Both the position numbers and the translations under genes were made by a program. A DNA stretch of 64,000 bases. Origin: Rhodobiaceae bacterium. GTDB taxonomy: Bacteria > Pseudomonadota > Alphaproteobacteria > Rhizobiales > Tepidamorphaceae. A model generated the notes under the pieces. That model saw only the letters and a list, made by a program, of their open reading frames with translations, searched no databases and was not told where the DNA came from. The stretch covers positions 99,112 through 163,111 of the forward strand of contig JACKJK010000007.1 of the NCBI GenBank assembly GCA_020637985.1, given 5' to 3'. Every line of letters starts with the position of its first letter. The stretch's first letter is position 1. Positions 30,653 through 38,755 of the stretch are shown here, piece by piece.

Positions 30653-30936
30653 AGCGCCTTTGCCCCGGCACCGATTTTTCTAGGCCCGGCTCACGGAGCT
30701 TTCTGCGCAGCCAGACCGCGTGCAGCCGCTGGAAGCCGGCCCCTCAGATGGCCTCTGGAAGCCCCTAGGAGGCCCGCTGGCGGGCGCATGCTCGAATGGC
30801 GGGAGCGGGCTCACCGAGACGACAAACGCCGCGTATGGCCCGCGCTGAGTCAGCATTCGGCAGCGTGCCTGACGGGCGACTGCGAACGCGGTTCCGGCGA
30901 TGTTATCATGCCCCCAATCGGGCCGGGGATGTGGAG

Positions 30937-31236
30937 ATGAATTGGGTCTGGCTGGTGGTCGCCGTGTTCCTGTTTGCCGTCTCCCCAGCGGCGGGCGATC
31001 AATGCCCAATCCCGATAGAGACCATCAAGGCCCAGATGATCGCGGAGAGCATAGGACGGTATCCGGGGACGTGCGCGTGTCCGTATCAGAGCGACCGTGC
31101 GGGAAGGCGGTGCGGGAAGAGGTCCGCATGGAACAGGCCGGGAGGATATGCCCCCCTGTGCTTCCCTTCGGACATCACGCCGGACATGGTGAGGGAGTTC
31201 TGCGACGGCGTGGTGCGGTTCCGTCAGGGGAGTTAG
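30937..31236 (+). CDS. Small secreted cysteine-rich hypothetical protein (99 aa)
   Basis: Signal peptide MNWVWLVVAVFLFAVSPAAG. Motif YPGTCACPY..DRAGRRCGKRSAW.RPGG..PLCF..DIT; 6 Cys. Confidence 0.75.
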   Translation: MNWVWLVVAVFLFAVSPAAGDQCPIPIETIKAQMIAESIGRYPGTCACPYQSDRAGRRCGKRSAWNRPGGYAPLCFPSDITPDMVREFCDGVVRFRQGS

Positions 31237-31298
31237 CGGTGGGGGTGGAAGAGGTGGAGGAGCGCAGTCGTGCCACGCCCCTCCCGTTTGTCCCTAGG

Positions 31299-31469
31299 CT
31301 AAGTCCTGCCGACGAAGCACACTGCGAAGTGCACCGGGCCTAGCCATGCAAGGCGGGTGTCGTATTCATCGTCCCACCTGTCGGTCCCTACCTGCCAGTT
31401 CTGGAAGTCCATGAACGGACACCATAGGGAAATCCCGAAGTCGTAGCCGAATACGCGGACGGTTCTCAT
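31299..31469 (-). CDS. Small aromatic-rich hypothetical protein (56 aa); not in the ORF track
   Basis: MRTVRVFGYDFGISLWCPFMDFQNWQVGTDRWDDEYDTRLAWLGPVHFAVCFVGRT*. ATGA overlap with the upstream gene's stop. Confidence 0.55.
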   Translation of the reverse strand: MRTVRVFGYDFGISLWCPFMDFQNWQVGTDRWDDEYDTRLAWLGPVHFAVCFVGRT

Positions 31470-32119
31470 GCGTCTTCACCTGAGACTGCGATACCCGCTA
31501 GTTCCGCAAGGTCTTTGCGTGTGGTCCTACCCGTGCGTTCCATCTCTAGGACGGCAAGCAGCCGGTCGAAGTTGTCGAGGTAGGCATCAACACAATCATC
31601 TTCCAGCGGCGTTCCACCTTCCTGACGCTCACGCGCAAGGCGTTCGACGTGGTGGCGTACTTTGTCGATTGCCATCTTCTCCGGTTTGCCGGCCCCCAGA
31701 AGCGCTAGGTTTTCGGGGCGAAGATCATTGGCTAGGTCCAGTGTGGTTGCCGCTTCATGTGGTCCGGCAGCCGCAATGATCCGCGCTACGGGCATAGTGT
31801 CTGTCGCTGCATCTCTGGGGCAGAATTTGACGTAGACCTTGGGGATCGGCTTCGCGAAATTGGAGTTGGTAGCGAATGTGTGCCCGTAGCGGCAAGCCTC
31901 TGCGAACGTGGCAAGCGCCGCAACAGTAAGGGTTATTGCCTTGCGGTGCTTCTTGCCGAATACGGCGACTGCGGATCGGGATTGTGGTGGCAGTGGGCAC
32001 TCATCAGGAGCGACGAGCGCCGCAACGCCAAAGGTCCGGGGGAGTGAATCAATCACTCTCATTGGGTCCCGAAAGACGATTTCAGGGGTCAAGAGCTTCG
32101 TGGTACCGTGCAGTTCCAT
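31466..32119 (-). CDS. Hypothetical protein with a degenerate HNH-like segment
   Basis: 217-aa ORF with AGAGG RBS. YV...VARII.AAGP.E.......DLRPENL resembles HNH_3 but lacks the catalytic His. Confidence 0.6.
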   Translation of the reverse strand: MELHGTTKLLTPEIVFRDPMRVIDSLPRTFGVAALVAPDECPLPPQSRSAVAVFGKKHRKAITLTVAALATFAEACRYGHTFATNSNFAKPIPKVYVKFCPRDAATDTMPVARIIAAAGPHEAATTLDLANDLRPENLALLGAGKPEKMAIDKVRHHVERLARERQEGGTPLEDDCVDAYLDNFDRLLAVLEMERTGRTTRKDLAELAGIAVSGEDA

Positions 32120-32219
32120 GTTGCTAGCTTCCTCTTGCTACAAAGGTCTGCTACAAAACGGAAACCATAGGCCAAGAAAACTATAGTGAATTCAATGGCA
32201 TGTGGGGGTATGGATGGAA

Positions 32220-32242
32220 TTCGAGCCTCTCACCGCCCACCA
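32220..32242 (+). repeat. attR core (duplicate of the tRNA-Val 3' end)
   Basis: Identical to 24906-24928. No tRNA 5' half upstream. Confidence 0.93.
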
Positions 32243-32310
32243 TTTCCCGACGCCTTTCGGGTTGACGGGAAGGCGCAATCGCGAAAGTCCCCGTAGCGGG
32301 CGCGTGCTGC

Positions 32311-32339
32311 TTGACTAAGCCTGTGCGCTGCCGTAAACC
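32311..32339 (+). promoter_or_regulatory. Putative sigma70 promoter of tRNA-Asp
   Basis: TTGACT-N17-TAAACC, about 40 bp upstream of the tRNA. Confidence 0.55.
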
Positions 32340-32381
32340 GCAGGCCTTCGCGTCGGCCGGATCTGAAGGTCGATCGATCGC

Positions 32382-32458
<77 letters not shown>

Positions 32459-32661
32459 CCTTCCTCCCCGAAATCGGTGATTGGCTTGAAACGCATTTCG
32501 CGCTTGCGCCCTGATGCGCGCGCGGAAGGCTTCGGCGGCAATTGGTGCATGGAGCGCATTCGGCTCACGTCGAACGGACCTGGGCGACAGGGGATGCTCG
32601 GAAGACCGGATGTGGAGCGAGGTCCCGGCGCTAAGGCGGGTCGGCCCGAACGCAATGGGCG

Positions 32662-33423
32662 CTAGGCTGCCGCGATCGACAAGGTCGTGCCCGCGGCGTT
32701 CAGCGCCTGGGTGATGTCGGGCGGGGGCGGGCGGTCCGTCACCAGTTCGGCGAATCCGTCGAAACCGCACACCTGCACCAGCCCCTGGCGGCCGAATTTG
32801 CTGTGGTCCGTCACGACGAGGCTGTGCTGGCCGCGCGACAGGACCATGCGGGCGAATTCCGCTTCTTCCAGGTCGTAGTCCATGACGCCGGTGGAGGCGT
32901 CGACGGCGCCTGTCGAGATGATGGCATGGGTGACCGCGAAGCGGCTGATGAAATCGATTGCCGAGACGCCGAAGGCGGCGCCTGAATCGCTGCGCAACTC
33001 GCCGCCGGCCATGTAGACCTTGTTGCCGTTGACGGTCGCCAGCGTGCGGGCGATGTCGGAGGAATTGGTCACCACGGTCAGGCGGCGGTGCGACAGCAGC
33101 TCGCGCGCCAGGAAGCTCGTGGTGGTGCCGGTGTCGAGCATCACCGAATCGCCATCGCGGATGCGCGCGGCGACCGCCCTGGCGATGAGGCGCTTGGCGG
33201 GGGCGTTCTCGCGCATGCGCCGCTCGAAGGGTGCCTCTCCGCCCTGGCCTGCGAGAGAGACCGCGCCGTGCATCTTCACCACGGTGCCGAGATCCGTCAG
33301 CGGGCGTACGTCGCGGCGCACGGTTTCGGCGGACACACCCAGCCTTCCGGCAAGATCGGCGATCGTGATCGTGCCTTGCTCGTTGAGGAGCTGGAGGATT
33401 TCGCCGTGGCGTTTGGACAGCAT
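32662..33423 (-). CDS. DeoR/GlpR family transcriptional regulator
   Basis: HTH LAGRLGVSAETVRRD, HGA, LDTGTT, VVTNS, DHSKFG. Divergent from the ABC operon. Confidence 0.93.
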   Translation of the reverse strand: MLSKRHGEILQLLNEQGTITIADLAGRLGVSAETVRRDVRPLTDLGTVVKMHGAVSLAGQGGEAPFERRMRENAPAKRLIARAVAARIRDGDSVMLDTGTTTSFLARELLSHRRLTVVTNSSDIARTLATVNGNKVYMAGGELRSDSGAAFGVSAIDFISRFAVTHAIISTGAVDASTGVMDYDLEEAEFARMVLSRGQHSLVVTDHSKFGRQGLVQVCGFDGFAELVTDRPPPPDITQALNAAGTTLSIAAA

Positions 33424-33683
33424 GGGGCGCTCCGGGTGGACGCCATGTTTGTATGCACTTGATGCCTATTTGACAATCAATACGGGCACAAACGGTCAAC
33501 AAAGCCAAAAAAAACCACAAGCCGCGATTGACAGGGTGCGGAGATGCGCATGACACTGACACCTGCACGATGAGAAGAACGGACGCAGGCCTTGCTCGGC
33601 CGCAGGGCCGTATCGTTGCAGGGGAACCAACGGCAGATCATTTCGGCGGGCGGGACTTCGCGCGCCAGGGCAGGAGGACGGAC

Positions 33684-34649
33684 ATGCAGACAGGGACATT
33701 CATCAGGCGTACGGCCACGGCGCTGGCGCTGACGGCGGCGATGGCGCTGCCGAGCGGCGCTTTTGCCGCGGCCGAATCCAGCGATCCGATCAAGCTGACG
33801 CTGCACGACTGGACCGGGCAGCTGATCACCACGCAGCTGATGGGCGAAGTGCTCAAGAAGGCCGGCTACAACGTGGAATACGTGCAGGCCGACTATCTCG
33901 CCCAGTTCGCGGGCCTTGAGTCCGGCGACCTGCATGTCGCGATGGAGATCTGGGAGACCACGGGTCGCGACGCGATGGACGCCGCAACCGCCACCGGCAA
34001 GGTCGAGAACCTCGGCCCGACGGGCATGAAGGCCAAGGAAGAGTGGTGGTATCCCGAGTACATGAAGGAGAAGTGCCCGGGGCTGCCGAACTGGGAAGCG
34101 CTGAAGGACGAGGCCTGCGCGGAAGCCTTCGCGACGGCGGAAACCGCGCCGAAGGGCCGCTATCTCGGCGGCCCGGTGACCTGGGGCGGCTATGACGACG
34201 AACGCGTCGAGGCCCTGGAGCTTCCTTTCGAGGTGATTCACGCGGGCACCGACGCGGCACTCTTCGCCGAGCTGGAGAGCGCCTACCAGCGCAAGGCGCC
34301 GATCATGCTGTGGATCTATGCGCCGCACTGGGCGCCTGCCAAGTACAAGGGCGAATGGGTCGAGTTCCCCGAATACACCAAGGAATGCTATTCGGACCCG
34401 AAGTGGGGCTCCAACCCGGACGCGCAGTATGACTGCGGCAAGCCGTTCGGCGAGATCTGGAAGGTGTCCTGGGCCGGCCTGAAGGACAAGTGGCCGGGCG
34501 CGCACAAGGCCATCACCGCCTTCACCGTCAACAACGACGAAATGGGCGCGATGATCTCCGCCGTCGACCTCGACGGCAAGACGGTTGACGCCGTGGTTGC
34601 CGACTGGATGGGCGCCAACGAGGCCCGCTGGTCCGCCTGGATCAAGTAG
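33684..34649 (+). CDS. ABC substrate-binding protein, OpuAC/ProX family (TmoX-like)
   Basis: Signal peptide. DPIKL..HDWTGQ, EIWE, EEWWYP..KEKCPGLPNWEAL, GRYLGGP.TW, YDCG. AGGAGG RBS. Confidence 0.9.
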   Translation: MQTGTFIRRTATALALTAAMALPSGAFAAAESSDPIKLTLHDWTGQLITTQLMGEVLKKAGYNVEYVQADYLAQFAGLESGDLHVAMEIWETTGRDAMDAATATGKVENLGPTGMKAKEEWWYPEYMKEKCPGLPNWEALKDEACAEAFATAETAPKGRYLGGPVTWGGYDDERVEALELPFEVIHAGTDAALFAELESAYQRKAPIMLWIYAPHWAPAKYKGEWVEFPEYTKECYSDPKWGSNPDAQYDCGKPFGEIWKVSWAGLKDKWPGAHKAITAFTVNNDEMGAMISAVDLDGKTVDAVVADWMGANEARWSAWIK

Positions 34650-34791
34650 GCCGCCACGCCGACTTCAGACCGGGGCCGCCTTGTACGGGCGGCCCCGGCA
34701 CAAGCCACCTTACTGCGCGCCTTCCCGGTCTGCGATCTGCGGATGACGGGAGAGCTGTCCGCAAAACCGCGCGCCGCGGCGGAACCAGACC

Positions 34792-35811
34792 ATGAGCGAA
34801 TCCGAAGCCAAGCTTGTATGCCGCGACGTGTGGAAGGTGTTCGGCGACGGCGCCGCGCAGTTTCTCCGCAGCCATGCCGGCAAGGCGACGCATGACGCGC
34901 TTGTCGAAGCCGGTCTCGTCGGCGCGGTGCGTGCGGCCAACATGGAAGTGCGGACCGGCGAGATCTTCGTCATCATGGGACTTTCCGGCTCGGGCAAGTC
35001 GACGCTGGTGCGCTGCCTGTCGCGGCTGATCGAGCCGACGGCGGGGGAAATCCTGTTCAAGGGCGAGAACCTGCTGGCGGCCAGCGACAAGCGGATGATC
35101 GAGATCCGCCGCCACCAGATGGGCATGGTGTTCCAGCACTTCGCGCTGCTGCCTCATCTCGACGTGCTTCACAACGTGGCGTTCCCACTCGATGTGCAGG
35201 GCGTGGCGCGGGACAAGCGCGAGGCGCGCGCGCGCCAGATGATCGAACTCGTCGGCCTCGCCGGCAAGGAGGGCTTCTTCCCGCGCGAACTCTCCGGCGG
35301 CCAGCAGCAGCGCGTCGGCATCGCGCGTTCGCTCGCGGTGGAGCCGGAACTGTGGTTTCTCGACGAGCCGTTTTCCGCGCTCGATCCACTGATCCGGCGC
35401 GAGATGCAGGACGAGTTCTCCCGCCTGCAATCGGTGCTCAAGAAGACCATCGTGTTCATCACGCACGACTTCGACGAGGCGATCCGGCTGGCAGACCGCA
35501 TCGCCATCATGAAGGACGGCGAGATCGTGCAGGTCGGCAAGCCCGAGGAAATCGTTTTGGCGCCGGCGACCGACTATGTCGCGGAGTTCACCCGCAACGT
35601 GCCCAAGGCGAAGGTGGTACGGGTCCGCTCCGTGATGAAGCCGGCGACGGGCCGGATGCCCAGGGACAGCGTCTCGCCGCTGGCGACGATCGCCGATGCG
35701 GCGCCGCTGTTTACAGGCCGCGTGACGCGGCTCAAGGTCGTCGATGATTCCGGGCGCGAACTCGGCGTGCTGGAGCGCGCCGACGTCGTCGACGTCATGA
35801 TGCGGGGCTGA
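34792..35811 (+). CDS. Betaine/proline-family ABC ATPase (ProV/OpuAA-like)
   Basis: [40 protein letters not shown]. Confidence 0.93.
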   Translation: MSESEAKLVCRDVWKVFGDGAAQFLRSHAGKATHDALVEAGLVGAVRAANMEVRTGEIFVIMGLSGSGKSTLVRCLSRLIEPTAGEILFKGENLLAASDKRMIEIRRHQMGMVFQHFALLPHLDVLHNVAFPLDVQGVARDKREARARQMIELVGLAGKEGFFPRELSGGQQQRVGIARSLAVEPELWFLDEPFSALDPLIRREMQDEFSRLQSVLKKTIVFITHDFDEAIRLADRIAIMKDGEIVQVGKPEEIVLAPATDYVAEFTRNVPKAKVVRVRSVMKPATGRMPRDSVSPLATIADAAPLFTGRVTRLKVVDDSGRELGVLERADVVDVMMRG

Positions 35812-35815
35812 GGCC

Positions 35816-37852
35816 ATGGGCGCGCCGGCTCAAGCGCAGAACAATACCCAGCCCGGCGAGGCGGAAGCGTCCGCTCGCCGCCGGCGTGGCGCCGTGCTGG
35901 CCTGGGGCGTGGCAATCGCCGCGTTCGTCGTATTCTGGCAGTTCGGCAAGCCGCTGGCGGCGTGGGCCTTCAAGTATCCCAAGGCCTACGCGATTCCCGC
36001 GCAGGCGTGGATCAGCTCCGGCATGAAGTGGCTGCTGAACGAGGCGACGTTCGGCCTGTTCACGTTTCTCGATCTCACCCGCTTCACCGCAGCCATGATC
36101 GACATTCCCTACAAGCTCGCGCTCAGCCTGCTGTCGACCGGCTTCCTGCAGGGGCAGGGATCGGGCGCGGTGCAGTTGCTGCCGCCGGTTTCGTGGATCG
36201 CGGTGATCGCGATCGTTGCGCTGCTCGGCTGGCATGCCGGCGGGCGCAGGCTGGCGCTGCTGGTCGCGGGCTGCTTCGCCTTCCTCGCCATGTTCGGGCA
36301 GTGGGATAGCGCCATGGTGACGCTTGCCTCGATCCTGGTGGCGGTGCCGATCGGCGTCGTGCTGGGGCTGCTGCTCGGTATCGTCGCCTACCGCTGGCCG
36401 GCGCTGGAGCGCGCCATCATCCCGCTGCTCGACCTGATGCAGACGATCCCCGTCTTCGCGTATCTGGTGCCGATCCTGTTCCTGTTCGGGTTCGGGCCGA
36501 CGGCGGCGGTGGTGGCGACGCTGATCTACGCTCTGCCGCCCATGACGCGGGTGACGATCCTGGCACTGAGGCAGGTGCCGTCCGAAGTCATCGACCTTGG
36601 CAACATGGTCGGCTGCACGCCGCGGCAGATGACCTGGCGGGTGATGGTACCGTCTGCCAAGGACAGCCTGATGGTGGGTGTCAACCAGGTCATCATGCTG
36701 TCCCTCAACATGGTCATCATCGCCTCGATGATCGGTGCCGGCGGGCTCGGCTTCGATGTGCTCGCCGCCCTGCGACGGCTCGATATCGGGGCGGGGCTTG
36801 AGGCCGGCATGGCGATCGTGGCGCTGGCGATCGCGCTCGACCGGCTGAGCCAGGCCTACGCCTACCGGATCGCCAAGCCGCATCACGAGACGGCCGCGAA
36901 CAAGGGGTTCGTCGCACGCCATCCCTATACGGTGGGCGCGCTCGCCTTTGTCGCCGTGACCATGGCGATTGGTCTCGCCGTTCCCGCCGTCCAGGACTAT
37001 CCGGATGGCCTGAAGGTTTCCACGGGACCGTTCTTTTCCGACGTCGTCGGCTGGATCAACGTCAACTTTTTCGACGTGCTGGAAGGCATGAAGAACGCGC
37101 TGCTTCTCAACGTGATGGTGCCGGCCAAGCGCCTGCTGCTCGATCTGCCGTGGTTCGGCGTCGTGGTGCTTCTGGCGTTCGCGGGCTACCGGCTCGGCGG
37201 GTGGCGGCTGGCGGCAACGATCGGCGCGCTGTCCTTCCTCATCGCCGCGACGCGGCAGTGGGAAAAGGCGATGATCACCGTCTACCTGTGTGGCTCCTCG
37301 GTGGTGCTGGCAGCGCTGATCGGCATCCCGATCGGCGTCCTCGTTGCCGAGCGCGACCGCGCGTGGCGGGTGGTGCAGGTCATCATCGACACGCTGCAGA
37401 CCCTGCCGTCCTTCGTCTATCTGATGCCGGCGGTGATGCTGTTCCGGGTCGGCGATTTCACGGCGATGATCGCGGTGGTCGCCTACGCGGTTGCGCCGGC
37501 GATCCGTTACACGGTCCTCGGGCTGAAGGGCGTCGATCCGCGCCTCATCGAGGCCGGCAAAGCGATGGGGTGCACGCCGTGGCAGCTGCTGAGCCGGATC
37601 CGGCTGAAACTGGCCTTTCCGGAGATCATGCTCGGTCTCAACCAGACGATCATGTTCGCGTTGTCGATGCTGGTCATCACGGCGCTGGTGGGCACGCGCG
37701 ACCTCGGCCAGGAGGTCTATATCGCGCTGACAAAGGCAGACACCGGGCGCGGCCTCGTCGCGGGCCTTGCGGTCGCCTTCATCGGCATCATTGCGGACAG
37801 GCTGATATCGGCGGGGGCGCGGCGGGTGCGCCAGAGCCTGGGACTGGCTTGA
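35816..37852 (+). CDS. ABC permease with two fused ProW-like domains
   Basis: Duplicated D.MQT.P.F.YL.P and G.NQ.IM..L.M.VI motifs; multiple TM segments. Confidence 0.92.
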   Translation: MGAPAQAQNNTQPGEAEASARRRRGAVLAWGVAIAAFVVFWQFGKPLAAWAFKYPKAYAIPAQAWISSGMKWLLNEATFGLFTFLDLTRFTAAMIDIPYKLALSLLSTGFLQGQGSGAVQLLPPVSWIAVIAIVALLGWHAGGRRLALLVAGCFAFLAMFGQWDSAMVTLASILVAVPIGVVLGLLLGIVAYRWPALERAIIPLLDLMQTIPVFAYLVPILFLFGFGPTAAVVATLIYALPPMTRVTILALRQVPSEVIDLGNMVGCTPRQMTWRVMVPSAKDSLMVGVNQVIMLSLNMVIIASMIGAGGLGFDVLAALRRLDIGAGLEAGMAIVALAIALDRLSQAYAYRIAKPHHETAANKGFVARHPYTVGALAFVAVTMAIGLAVPAVQDYPDGLKVSTGPFFSDVVGWINVNFFDVLEGMKNALLLNVMVPAKRLLLDLPWFGVVVLLAFAGYRLGGWRLAATIGALSFLIAATRQWEKAMITVYLCGSSVVLAALIGIPIGVLVAERDRAWRVVQVIIDTLQTLPSFVYLMPAVMLFRVGDFTAMIAVVAYAVAPAIRYTVLGLKGVDPRLIEAGKAMGCTPWQLLSRIRLKLAFPEIMLGLNQTIMFALSMLVITALVGTRDLGQEVYIALTKADTGRGLVAGLAVAFIGIIADRLISAGARRVRQSLGLA

Positions 37853-37864
37853 GGGGGAGGGCGC

Positions 37865-38755
37865 ATGACCGCGGCGGAAGAACGCATCGCACGGCTTGGC
37901 TGCTGGAACGGCAGGCTTGAGATTTCACCGCTGAAGGGCGGGCTGTCGAACGAAAGCTACATGGTCGCCGATGCGGGCGGTCGCCATGTCGTGCGCTTCG
38001 GGCGCGACTTTCCGTTCCATCATGTCTCGCGCGAGCGCGAGGCAATGGCGGCGCGCGCAGCGCATGCCGCCGGGTTCGCGCCGGCGGTGGAACACACCGA
38101 GCCGGGCGTCATGGTCTGCGCCTTCATCGAGGCGAAGACGCTGGACGCCGCCGATGTGCGCGCCAATCCGGAGCGCATCGGAACCTTCGTGCGGCGTTTC
38201 CACGAGGACATGCCGCGGCACGTATCGGGGCCCGGTTTCATGTTCTGGGTCTTCCACGTCATCCGCGACTACGCGCGGACACTGAAGGCCAACGACAGCC
38301 GGATGATCCCGCGCCTGCCGGAATTCCTGTCGCTCGCAGCCGAACTGGAGGAAGCGCAGGTTGCGATGCCGATCGTCTACGGCCATCACGACCTGCTGCC
38401 GGGCAATTTCCTGGACGACGGCGAACGGCTGTGGCTCATCGACTTCGAGTACGCAGGTTTCGGGACAGCGACCTTCGATCTCGCCGGCGCGGCTTCCAAC
38501 GCGGAGATGGACGAGGCGCAGACGAGCCGACTGCTGACCGCCTATTTCGGCCATGAACCGGGCGCCGATTTCCTGCGTGCCAACGCCGCCATGCAATGCG
38601 CCTCGCTGCTGCGCGAGGCGATGTGGAGCATGGTGTCGGAAATCTTCCTCGACGCGCCGGGCGCCGACTACGTCGCCTACACCACCGAGAACCTGGAGCG
38701 CCTCGATGCGGCGCTGGCCAGCTACCGCGCCAGATACGGGGCCATTTCCAAATGA
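37865..38755 (+). CDS. Choline/ethanolamine-kinase-like phosphotransferase (APH superfamily)
   Basis: LKGGLSN, Brenner motif GHHDLLPGNFL, LIDFEYAG. Confidence 0.88.
   Translation: MTAAEERIARLGCWNGRLEISPLKGGLSNESYMVADAGGRHVVRFGRDFPFHHVSREREAMAARAAHAAGFAPAVEHTEPGVMVCAFIEAKTLDAADVRANPERIGTFVRRFHEDMPRHVSGPGFMFWVFHVIRDYARTLKANDSRMIPRLPEFLSLAAELEEAQVAMPIVYGHHDLLPGNFLDDGERLWLIDFEYAGFGTATFDLAGAASNAEMDEAQTSRLLTAYFGHEPGADFLRANAAMQCASLLREAMWSMVSEIFLDAPGADYVAYTTENLERLDAALASYRARYGAISK

Larger units (their letters stand above)
24906..32242. mobile_element. ~7.3 kb integrative element/genomic island in tRNA-Val
   Basis: 23-bp direct repeats of the tRNA 3' end. Tyrosine integrase next to attL and an internal resolvase. 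Visibly lower GC and frequent CTAG compared with flanking genes. Confidence 0.93.

Noticed and set aside
32220-32242. Possible additional tRNA-Val
   Set aside because: Only the T-loop-to-CCA portion is present; it is the attR duplication.
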